The position numbers and the translations under genes are program-made. Under the pieces are notes generated by a model, which saw only the letters and a program-made list of their open reading frames with translations, was not told the DNA's origin and did no database searches. From an uncultured Erysipelotrichaceae bacterium (GTDB lineage Bacteria; Bacillota_I; Bacilli_A; Erysipelotrichales; Erysipelotrichaceae), in the NCBI GenBank assembly GCA_963541855.1, contig CAUTVM010000007.1:187-24186 (forward strand): a DNA stretch of 24,000 nt. Direction: 5' to 3'. Below, piece after piece: positions 8,812-16,389 of the stretch (position 1 is its first letter; each line of letters begins with the position of its first letter).

Positions 8812-9551
8812 TTTTCTGTTCTCTCCATTTCTTTTTTCAATTCCCTGACTTGGTTTTGATCCACGACTTCATATGCACCATCTTTGTAAGTCGCGTAAGA
8901 TATGCCATTATTTTCTCCGGTCGGATCATGGAAGTATGTTTTACAGCTGGAATGCAGCTGACATACGCCCGTCTTTTGCAAAATAAGCGCCGCGTTGCAT
9001 GGCCGCACCCCTCCGCCGGCCAGAATTTCAATCTGCGTTCCATATTGCGCCTGCAAATAACGCAAATGATTGATGCCATGTTCCGCCGTAGCGCACAAAC
9101 CACTTGTCAAAACACGATCCGCGCCAAGAGAAATAAGCTGCTTTATACCCTCTTCCATATCATTGAGGCAGTCAAACGCGCGATGAAAAACCGCCGTCTT
9201 TCCATAGGTATGAATCAAGTTGATCATCCGTCCGCTCGCTTCCACATCTATCGTAAAATCCGCATGCAAAAAACCGAAAGCAATCCCGGCGGCATCCTGC
9301 TTTAAAAACAACTCCGCCTCCGCGAACATCGTTTCCTGATCCTGTTGATCATACTGAAAGCCGGAGCCGCGCGGACGAACCATGCATATAATCGGAAGAC
9401 CGCATGTTTTAGCCTTCATAAACATTCCCATGCCCGGCGTCAGACCGCCGGCGCTGAGCGCGCTGTTCAGCTCCACACGATCCCCACCTCCCGCTTTGGC
9501 CGCCAGCACGTCTCCATAGCTGCCGCAACACACTTCTAAAATCGTTTTCAT
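8808..9551 (-). CDS. cutC: CutC family protein (TIM-barrel, annotated as copper homeostasis protein)
   Basis: 'LEVCCGSYGDVLAAKAGGGDRVELNSALSAGGLTP' matches the CutC N-terminal pattern (E. coli 'LEICCYS...GADRVELC...GGLTPS'). I moved the start to the ATG at 9551 (MKTILEVCC), which makes an ATGA overlap with the upstream stop. The 27-codon extension in the track start (9632) lies inside the M20 gene. Confidence 0.85.
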   Translation of the reverse strand: MKTILEVCCGSYGDVLAAKAGGGDRVELNSALSAGGLTPGMGMFMKAKTCGLPIICMVRPRGSGFQYDQQDQETMFAEAELFLKQDAAGIAFGFLHADFTIDVEASGRMINLIHTYGKTAVFHRAFDCLNDMEEGIKQLISLGADRVLTSGLCATAEHGINHLRYLQAQYGTQIEILAGGGVRPCNAALILQKTGVCQLHSSCKTYFHDPTGENNGISYATYKDGAYEVVDQNQVRELKKEMERTEK

Positions 9552-10666
9552 CTTTTTGTTTTCTCCAAAATGTTGTAAAGACTCCAGGCGTAGATATACA
9601 GATTCTTTTTCAGATCGGCAATATTCATCCACTCATCCGGCATATGGCCAATTCCTTTCTGACCCTTAAACGACGGTCCGTAAGGCACAATGTGCGGAAT
9701 TACCTTGGCATAGGTTCCCCCTGTTGTCGTAACGGCACTGCCGTCTTCATGCATGATTTCTTCATAGGATCTTTCCAATACCTTCACAAACGGATTTTCC
9801 TTATCAAAGTAAACCGGATCCAGATTGGATACCAGACGGACATGGATATCGTTTGCTTCATGCTTACGCAGTTCTTCTTCCATCTGTTTAACGGTAACAT
9901 TCGCCGGATAGGAAATGACCAACTGTACCTGCATTTTCCCCTCCCGCTCCGTCAACTGCACATTACGAATCTGATTTTTTCCAAACTCGAGGGAATCATA
10001 TGCAATATGAAAACTCTCTTCCAACACAGGCTTGTTTAAAATCTCATCATTAACAAATGCGAAAAATGCCTCTCTGTTAGTGCTTGCCGTTTCAAAAACA
10101 AATACGGCCCTCCCTCTTTCCGCATAGACAACCGGATACTTACAATCCGGCGTCCAGCCGAATAACGGCGCTTCATGTTCTTGAAAATAACCCGTCATAT
10201 CTTCCATTCCGGTTTCTTCATCGGTTCCAAACAACAGATGAACATTGGTCGGAAAGATATAATGAATCCTTTTCAATGCATAAACCGCATACAGGCAAGC
10301 CGTCATTGGCCCTTTATTATCCAAAATCCCGCGCGCATAAATTCTGCCGTCCGCAACCGAAGCCGCAAAGGGATCATACTTCCACGTTCCATTCAGATCG
10401 ACGACATCCAGATGACCGGCAATACCGATATACTCCCGCCGCTCATCCACAGAGACAATGCCCACCTGATCTTGCCAGATATCCGTATAAAAGCCCAGCT
10501 TTTGCGCTTCTTTCATCGCTTCTTCCAGACAATCGCGGCAGCCTTTTCCATATGGCGCACCAGGTTGTGCGGGGGTGCGTCTAGAATCAATGCGGCAAAG
10601 ATGACGGATAGAGGCGATCATCTCTTCAAATATTTCATCGCAGGACTGCAAAATTTCATTTTTCAT
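9548..10666 (-). CDS. M20 family metallopeptidase, PepV/Sapep-like dipeptidase
   Basis: The metal and catalytic motifs are intact: 'GHLDVVD', 'ARGILDNKGP', 'GTDEETG', and C-terminal 'GGTYAK...GHMPDE'. At 372 aa it is shorter than typical PepV. Confidence 0.85.
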   Translation of the reverse strand: MKNEILQSCDEIFEEMIASIRHLCRIDSRRTPAQPGAPYGKGCRDCLEEAMKEAQKLGFYTDIWQDQVGIVSVDERREYIGIAGHLDVVDLNGTWKYDPFAASVADGRIYARGILDNKGPMTACLYAVYALKRIHYIFPTNVHLLFGTDEETGMEDMTGYFQEHEAPLFGWTPDCKYPVVYAERGRAVFVFETASTNREAFFAFVNDEILNKPVLEESFHIAYDSLEFGKNQIRNVQLTEREGKMQVQLVISYPANVTVKQMEEELRKHEANDIHVRLVSNLDPVYFDKENPFVKVLERSYEEIMHEDGSAVTTTGGTYAKVIPHIVPYGPSFKGQKGIGHMPDEWMNIADLKKNLYIYAWSLYNILEKTKR

Positions 10667-11621
10667 TTCTTTCTCCGAGCGGGCGCATCCGCTCCTTCAT
10701 ATAATTGCTCATCCATTCTTCACTCGCCTTTTCATATCCGCATGTGCCGTCCGCATTCCGCCGGCAAAGATATACCGTTAACGGAAGCGTCTCCAGACCG
10801 ACGACAAATGAAAAACCGTCGATATTGGCCGCACAGCCAAAATGACCCTGTCTGTCCATCGCCACCACGGAAAGGTCGCCCGCTTTTCCCCGTGCGCTTC
10901 TGAGCTTTTCATCCAGATTTCTGACGGCTGTTTCACAAGCTTTCTGCACTGTCATTCCCATTTGCATTAAACGCACGATCTCATAAGAAATACAGCCTTT
11001 CATCAAATCTTCGCCAAGCCCGGTCGCCACCGCTCCCCCGATGGCCGATTCCGCATAAAAACCGGAGCCGACCAAAGGCGAATCGCCAACGCGGCCTTTC
11101 TTTTTCATAAACAGACCCGAGGTGCTGGTTCCCGCGCAGATTAACCCGCTTTGATCCAGACTCACCATTCCCACCGTATCGTGTCCGGCATACGGTTTCA
11201 GACTGACGGCGTTTTCCTTGACACGTTGGTTATAAAACCATTTTGCTCTGTCCGTCAGCATGTTTTTTCTCTCAAAGCCATTGAAATGTGCATATTTTTC
11301 CGCACCTTCTCCGCTTAAGACACAATTCACTTCTTCTTTGCTTAAGGCTTTGGCAATCGAAATCGGATGGGCACAGTCATGCACCGCCATAATGGCGCCG
11401 ATACCCAGCGTATTTCCATTCATGAACCCGGCATCCAGCTCCACTTCCCCTTCCTCATTCGGCAATCCCCCATACCCCACCGACTTATAATAAGGGAAAT
11501 CTTCCACTTCTCTGATTGCGGTTTCTAAAGCTGTTTCCGCATCTTTCTTTTCACAAAGAGCATCTAATCCCTTCTCCATGCCTTCTAAAGCCATGCGCCA
11601 TGTCGCGATCATTCCATACAT
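10656..11621 (-). CDS. N4-(beta-N-acetylglucosaminyl)-L-asparaginase (glycosylasparaginase, Ntn-hydrolase), no signal peptide
   Basis: The autoprocessing and nucleophile motif 'GHD-TVGMV' is AGA-type rather than the 'GTVGAVA' of isoaspartyl peptidases. The aspartate-binding segment 'GRVGDSPLVGSGFYAE' closely resembles human AGA 'GRVGDSPIPGAGAYAD'. An N-terminal 'ATW' is present. An alternative start at 11612 would give an ATGA overlap with the upstream stop. Confidence 0.85.
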   Translation of the reverse strand: MYGMIATWRMALEGMEKGLDALCEKKDAETALETAIREVEDFPYYKSVGYGGLPNEEGEVELDAGFMNGNTLGIGAIMAVHDCAHPISIAKALSKEEVNCVLSGEGAEKYAHFNGFERKNMLTDRAKWFYNQRVKENAVSLKPYAGHDTVGMVSLDQSGLICAGTSTSGLFMKKKGRVGDSPLVGSGFYAESAIGGAVATGLGEDLMKGCISYEIVRLMQMGMTVQKACETAVRNLDEKLRSARGKAGDLSVVAMDRQGHFGCAANIDGFSFVVGLETLPLTVYLCRRNADGTCGYEKASEEWMSNYMKERMRPLGERNEK

Positions 11622-12673
11622 CCTCTATTGCCCTCCAATTCTTGAAACTTCTCATATGTCAGATCTTCTATAATCGCTTTCAATAAAGCAATGCAGGCGT
11701 CGCCATCTTTCACATTGATCACGGAAGTGTTGGTGTGCATGTAGCGGATCGGTAATGAAAGTGTCATCGTGACTGCCCCTTCATAAAGCTTATGTATATT
11801 TCCCGCATCCGTACCGCCCGCAATAAAAACGGCATATTGATGCGGAATATTTTTCTTTTGACAAAGCTGTTCGATATATCGCATAAATTTTCGATGGTAA
11901 ATCGTATTCGAATCCAGCATGGAAATGACAACTCCATCACCCAAACGAACTTGGTTGTGATCTAAAGGCGTGTCCTTGGCCGCCGTTGTATCAATGGCAA
12001 TGGCAAGGGCAGGATGCACCATGGCCGCAGCCGTTCGTGCCCCGCGCAGTCCCGGCTCTTCCATAACCGTATAAGCGCCGTAGATATCGGCATGCGCTTT
12101 TTGTATTTCTTCCATCACCGTCATCACCACCGCTGTCCCATAACGATCATCCAACGCTTTTCCCCGATAATAACCCGGTTCCATTAACGGTGCAAAATTA
12201 CGGACAGGCACAACCATATCGCCGATGGCGATTCCCGCCTCGATCACCATCTTTCGTTGGCGAACACCAAGATCCAGATAAATCTCATCCATGGAAACAA
12301 CGCGTTCTTTCTGCTCTTTTTTAAGCCCGTGGCTGACACGGGAGCCGATGACGCCGATATGACATTTTTTCTCTGCCGTAACCACGGCAAATAACTGCCC
12401 CGGAATCATATGGAGCCATATACTGCCGATCATTTCCAGATGCAGAAAACCTTCATCCGTTATATCTTTGACGATGAAGCCGACTTCATCCATGTGCGCC
12501 GCCAACAGCAGGCTGAACCGTGAATCCATGCCTGCATAATGCGTAATCACAGAACCCAGGCCGTCCCGTTGACAGGGAAGCGTTGTATGTTCCTGAATAT
12601 ATTTCGCCACTTCTTCTTCATATCCGGAAACACCATAAAGATCACTCAGCTGTCGTAAGCGTTCAATTTTCAT
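11609..12673 (-). CDS. M42 family aminopeptidase (TET/FrvX/YsdC-like), catalytic residues intact
   Basis: All canonical M42 metal and catalytic motifs are present: 'AAHMDEVGF', 'ALDDRYG', 'VMEEPGLRGA', 'AIAIDTT', 'RYMHT'. Confidence 0.9.
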   Translation of the reverse strand: MKIERLRQLSDLYGVSGYEEEVAKYIQEHTTLPCQRDGLGSVITHYAGMDSRFSLLLAAHMDEVGFIVKDITDEGFLHLEMIGSIWLHMIPGQLFAVVTAEKKCHIGVIGSRVSHGLKKEQKERVVSMDEIYLDLGVRQRKMVIEAGIAIGDMVVPVRNFAPLMEPGYYRGKALDDRYGTAVVMTVMEEIQKAHADIYGAYTVMEEPGLRGARTAAAMVHPALAIAIDTTAAKDTPLDHNQVRLGDGVVISMLDSNTIYHRKFMRYIEQLCQKKNIPHQYAVFIAGGTDAGNIHKLYEGAVTMTLSLPIRYMHTNTSVINVKDGDACIALLKAIIEDLTYEKFQELEGNRGCME

Positions 12674-13692
12674 TTCTCTCTCCCGAACGTAAACTGCTTG
12701 ATCTTGGCTGGCGTCAATGCGCGCAGATATGTACAGATCGCTTCTTTCAATGCGTCTATATCCCGCTCGTCCGCCATTTCAACCGCGGTGGCCATATTCC
12801 GCACAAATATACCGATGGATATGGCAGCTGCACCTTTCTGCGTCTTGTGGATAAAAGAACCGTCATTGGGCAAAGCGCCGGTGATCATGCCGACATGAAG
12901 AACATCCTGAACATCTTGATAAAGTCGACGATTCGGAATCATCCCTTTATCAAAAGCACCGATCAAAACGCCGCCTGTTTTACCGTCATTGCTGCAACGT
13001 CCCTCAAAGCCCGTTAAGACAAGGGAGACATCCGGCTGTAAGACATGGGTGATCGTTTTGGTGCCGCGATAACCGATCATGGACTGCCCGATACCGCCCA
13101 AGGCAAGATCAAAAGGAAATTCTTCCTGTACAAGTTCTTCCATCACTTCCAGAACCACTTCATTGAATATGGCCGGATGCAGAGAGGAAGCGCTGATGTA
13201 ATGCGTATTGAGCCATTCCATATCGGCATGCAGACAGGCAACATCGCCGATTGTAAACACCCGCGATGCCTCTTGAAATGTGCGGCCGGTATCAATGCAC
13301 ATCTCCTTCACCTCATGATCAAAAGACTCTGCATAGTGATGTGCCTTGTCACAGATGACGCCCTCCAACAGCTGATAAGAACGCGTCAATATTTGTACAC
13401 GCTGATGGAGAAGGGAAGAGGGATGCATATTTTCCAGGGGCAAAAAGCCAAGCGTACCATCTTCATGAATGTCATTGATCATAAAACCATAACGATCAAG
13501 CGGCGAAGATACCATCACCCGATATGCCCCGGGAGTTTTGCTTTTATGAATGCCGAAAACAGAACCGAGACGATCGCTCGCAATTTTTAATCCTTGTTTT
13601 TGAAAAGCTTCCAAAAACAGTTTCCCCATTCGCTCTTCTTCGCCGCTGACGGAAAAGAGCTTTTGTATTTCCCGTAATCGTTTGCTGTTCAT
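12670..13692 (-). CDS. M42-fold paralog with all metal-binding/catalytic positions substituted (probable pseudopeptidase)
   Basis: It aligns along its length with the adjacent M42 gene (for example 'RLREIQKLFSVSGEE' against 'RLRQLSDLYGVSGYE'). The motifs are changed: HMDE to PLDR, LDDR to LHPA, MEEPGLRG to QSMIGYRG, IDTT to LTGF, and YMHT to NMAT. Confidence 0.8.
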   Translation of the reverse strand: MNSKRLREIQKLFSVSGEEERMGKLFLEAFQKQGLKIASDRLGSVFGIHKSKTPGAYRVMVSSPLDRYGFMINDIHEDGTLGFLPLENMHPSSLLHQRVQILTRSYQLLEGVICDKAHHYAESFDHEVKEMCIDTGRTFQEASRVFTIGDVACLHADMEWLNTHYISASSLHPAIFNEVVLEVMEELVQEEFPFDLALGGIGQSMIGYRGTKTITHVLQPDVSLVLTGFEGRCSNDGKTGGVLIGAFDKGMIPNRRLYQDVQDVLHVGMITGALPNDGSFIHKTQKGAAAISIGIFVRNMATAVEMADERDIDALKEAICTYLRALTPAKIKQFTFGREK

Positions 13693-13707
13693 TGCGTGTC
13701 CTTATGC

Positions 13708-13738
13708 AAAAGGCCTGCAAAACAAATGCAGGCCTCCC
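13708..13738 (-). other. Strong RNA hairpin immediately 3' of the TGA of the GrdB-like gene (intra-operon attenuator/stabiliser or candidate SECIS)
   Basis: A perfect 9-bp stem, AGGCCUGCA (13735..13727) with UGCAGGCCU (13719..13711), encloses the loop UUUGUUU. Three G.U pairs can extend it (GGG 13738..13736 with UUU 13710..13708). Only UUUU follows before GCAUAAGG. Confidence 0.7.
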
Positions 13739-13740
13739 TT

Positions 13741-14268
13741 TCATTCGTAACAGACTTCTTTCTGAATTCTTTCGCAATCCGCGCTTTTACTGTACATTGC
13801 CTGCAACAGACTGCATAGATTTTCGATTGACCCGCTCAGGCCTGTCCCGCCTTTTTTCGGCATTCTGACAATCGGAACTTTCTTGGCATATTCCGCAATG
13901 ACGTCTTTATTCTCTTCCGACATCATCGCCACCGCCTTGATATTCGTCTTATCAATAATCACCGCTGCCGTCTTCGCCGCCATCTCTGCATAATCCGGAA
14001 AATTAAAGCAGGGACCGCAAACGGCAAAATCCGGATTCAGTTTTTTGACCATGGCCGCCAGCTTGGTGACGACTTCTTCTTTATTTTCTTTGTAAAATTC
14101 ATTGCCGCAATACAATGTTGCGACAACTTCCGCCTGAATCGCATCAAAATTCGGCTGGAGCATCAAACTGGAACCGATGCCGCCCCGCTGGGCATTCAAG
14201 CCCACATGCGGATTGCTTTTGCCGCCGGCTCCGGCAAGACCCTGATCAAATATCAGTACGATTTTCAT
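13741..14268 (-). CDS. Small protein homologous to the N-terminal region of glycine/sarcosine/betaine reductase component B (GrdB-like), with a CGPC motif
   Basis: The following match my recollection of GrdB N-termini ('VVHYINQFFAGIGGEEKA', 'AEVVATVICGD', 'NPDLFIAGPAFNAGRYG'): 'MKIVLIFDQGLAGAGGKSNP', 'AEVVATLYCGNEFYKEN', 'VKKLNPDFAVCGPCFNFPDY'. At 175 aa it is much shorter than GrdB. Its function is unknown. Confidence 0.5.
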   Translation of the reverse strand: MKIVLIFDQGLAGAGGKSNPHVGLNAQRGGIGSSLMLQPNFDAIQAEVVATLYCGNEFYKENKEEVVTKLAAMVKKLNPDFAVCGPCFNFPDYAEMAAKTAAVIIDKTNIKAVAMMSEENKDVIAEYAKKVPIVRMPKKGGTGLSGSIENLCSLLQAMYSKSADCERIQKEVCYE

Positions 14269-14271
14269 GGC

Positions 14272-15636
14272 TTAATCTAAGCTCAGATCATCAAAGCTGA
14301 GTTTATCCAGATCGTCCTTGTCTTTTGTTTCCGCATTCTTCTCTTCTTCCAGATATTTCGTATCAAGAGATTTAAAGAACGGATAATAAATCAGAATATT
14401 CATGGCCAATAAAATGAACTGTACCATTGCGCCGGTCCATGACCCTGTAATCAGCCAGCCGGAGAAGCCGATCGGACATGTCCAAGGCAAGACTGCTCCG
14501 GAAGTAATCGGCATGACATGCATAATGGTAAATAGATAGGCGACAACTGTATTTAATACCGGCGTCAGGATGAACGGAATGACCATCACCGGGTTCAAAA
14601 CGATCGGCAAACCGAAGATGATCGGTTCATTGATACCGAAGATACCTGCCGGAAGTGATAATCTTCCCAGCATCTTCATCCGTTTGCTCTTGGCAATGAA
14701 GCTCATCATCAGCACAAGACCGAGCGTTGAACCGCCGCCGCCGAAGTTGCAGAAGAAATCCGAGAAACCGGCCGTAAAGATATTCTTCATCGGTAATCCG
14801 GCTGCCATCGCATCAAAGTTCTCCTGTGTAAGCGCCTTGGTAATCGGGGCAAAGACCGTGTTGGTAACGGCCGGACCGTTGATACCGAAGAACCATAACA
14901 AGGTGCTCAAGAACTGATAAAGAACTTCGAACCATGCGAAACGACCAAGGCCGACCAACGGTGCCTGTAAAATTTCATAGATAAAGTTATGCGCATATTC
15001 ATAGGATGTGTGGGAGAAGATGATCGCCAATATAAATGCCACCAGCATCGCAATTCCGGAAGGAATCAAAGCGCCGAAGCTTTCCGCAACTGCCGGCGGT
15101 ACACCCTCCGGAAGTTTGATGACCAATTTCTTTTTAATCGCCCAGGCAAAGATACGCACGGAAACCAAAGCGGTAATCATCGCCAAAAACATTCCTGCGG
15201 TACCGAAATTGCGAAGCGCAAAACCGCCGAATGTGCGGCCCGCCTCATTCACATATTCCGGATGTGACTGTGGCGCCAGTATCAAAAAGCTGACCAAAGC
15301 CGTAATTGCGCCGCCGACCTTATTATCCAGTCCCAGCTCCCGGGAATACGCATAGCCGATCCCGAATACCGCCATCAGCGAAATGCAGTCGAAACCGACG
15401 GTTGTCACGCGGTCAAATGCCGCTTCCCACCCTTCGCCTGCAAAGCTGGCAATCAGCTCGCTCCAATTGGGAATCGGAAAGTTTGTAATAATCAGGAAAA
15501 TCGACGCGATAATAACGATTGGTGTCGTAATCAGAAAACCGTCACGAATCGCCACCAGAACCTTATTTCTGGACAGCGCATTCGCCGCCGGAACAAGCAA
15601 TTCTTCAAGCTTATTCGTCTTTTTCTTTTCAGGCAT
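14272..15636 (-). CDS. PTS lactose/cellobiose-family EIIC permease
   Basis: 454-aa polytopic membrane protein with a typical CelB/ChbC/LicC-type sequence ('FGINGP', 'GINEPIIFGLPIVLNP'). Confidence 0.95.
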   Translation of the reverse strand: MPEKKKTNKLEELLVPAANALSRNKVLVAIRDGFLITTPIVIIASIFLIITNFPIPNWSELIASFAGEGWEAAFDRVTTVGFDCISLMAVFGIGYAYSRELGLDNKVGGAITALVSFLILAPQSHPEYVNEAGRTFGGFALRNFGTAGMFLAMITALVSVRIFAWAIKKKLVIKLPEGVPPAVAESFGALIPSGIAMLVAFILAIIFSHTSYEYAHNFIYEILQAPLVGLGRFAWFEVLYQFLSTLLWFFGINGPAVTNTVFAPITKALTQENFDAMAAGLPMKNIFTAGFSDFFCNFGGGGSTLGLVLMMSFIAKSKRMKMLGRLSLPAGIFGINEPIIFGLPIVLNPVMVIPFILTPVLNTVVAYLFTIMHVMPITSGAVLPWTCPIGFSGWLITGSWTGAMVQFILLAMNILIYYPFFKSLDTKYLEEEKNAETKDKDDLDKLSFDDLSLD

Positions 15637-15955
15637 GTTTTTTCCCCTCCTTATATGCCATCATGGCTGCCTTTAAAACTCTTTCCCCATCAACTACTCC
15701 GTAGTCCTTTGAATCAATGACCATAACCGGGCAATCCTTGCCATACCGTTCCGTGACTTTGTCAAGCAAATACTTGACTTGCGGCCCCAGCAAAATCACG
15801 TCCGGATGATAGGTTGTCACAATTGTGTCCATCTCCGCGTCCGAAAATGCCTTGACCTCAATCGGAAGATGATTTTCTTCCGCAACTTTCTGCATACGGC
15901 TGGCAAGAAAGCTGGTCGACATTCCGGCATTGCAAAAAAGATAAAACCGTTTCAT
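15629..15955 (-). CDS. PTS lactose/cellobiose-family EIIB
   Basis: 108 aa with the active-site Cys loop 'YLFCNAGMSTSFL' (compare ChbB 'LFCSAGMSTS'). It overlaps the EIIC start by 8 nt. Confidence 0.9.
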   Translation of the reverse strand: MKRFYLFCNAGMSTSFLASRMQKVAEENHLPIEVKAFSDAEMDTIVTTYHPDVILLGPQVKYLLDKVTERYGKDCPVMVIDSKDYGVVDGERVLKAAMMAYKEGKKHA

Positions 15956-16033
15956 TCAAATGAAAATCCCCTTTCTTTTTTATTCTCTGTCTTCAATCTA
16001 ACACATGCGCTTCATCAGCGTTCCCAATGCTGC

Positions 16034-16050
16034 TTCCGCACAGTGCGGAA
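16034..16050 (-). other. Short hairpin in the 105-nt EIIA-EIIB spacer
   Basis: The minus-strand RNA has UUCCGCA-CUG-UGCGGAA, a 7-bp stem with a 3-nt loop, about 10 nt after the EIIA TAA stop. No U-tract follows. Confidence 0.4.
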
Positions 16051-16060
16051 AAGAAAACGG

Positions 16061-16375
16061 TTACTTAGCCTGCAGTTTTTTATAAACAGCAATCAATTCA
16101 TCCGCGATCACCTTCAAGGTTTCCGCACCAAGCAATTGGTCTTCCGCATGCATCAACAATAATGACAGCTGTACATTATCCCCGGCCGCTTCTTTCTGAA
16201 TCAATTGCCCATGTACTTTATGACCTTCAACAAAGACCGCCATTCCTTCTTTCATCAAGCGCTCGGCTTTTTCAAAATCATATTCCCGCGCCGCGCCCAT
16301 CGCTTCAATGTAATCGCTCTTTGCCTCCCCCGTATACGAAATGATCTGAAAACAAATTTGCTCCATCGCTTCCAT
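16061..16375 (-). CDS. PTS lactose/cellobiose-family EIIA
   Basis: 104-aa helical protein with the phosphorylatable His in 'LLLMHAEDQLL' (compare ChbA 'HAQDHLM'). Confidence 0.9.
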   Translation of the reverse strand: MEAMEQICFQIISYTGEAKSDYIEAMGAAREYDFEKAERLMKEGMAVFVEGHKVHGQLIQKEAAGDNVQLSLLLMHAEDQLLGAETLKVIADELIAVYKKLQAK

Positions 16376-16389
16376 GTTTTTTCCTCCTT

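Noticed and set aside
10656-11621. The alternative reading of the Ntn-hydrolase as an isoaspartyl peptidase or plant-type asparaginase. This would suggest a peptidoglycan D-iso-Asx or isoAsp-peptide salvage locus together with the MupG-like gene.
   Set aside because: The nucleophile context is HD-TVGM and the binding segment is GRVGDSP, both AGA-type. The GTVGAVA context of IaaA-type enzymes is absent. AspA acts on L-aspartate. I did not exclude this reading completely and list it as the main alternative under the first finding.
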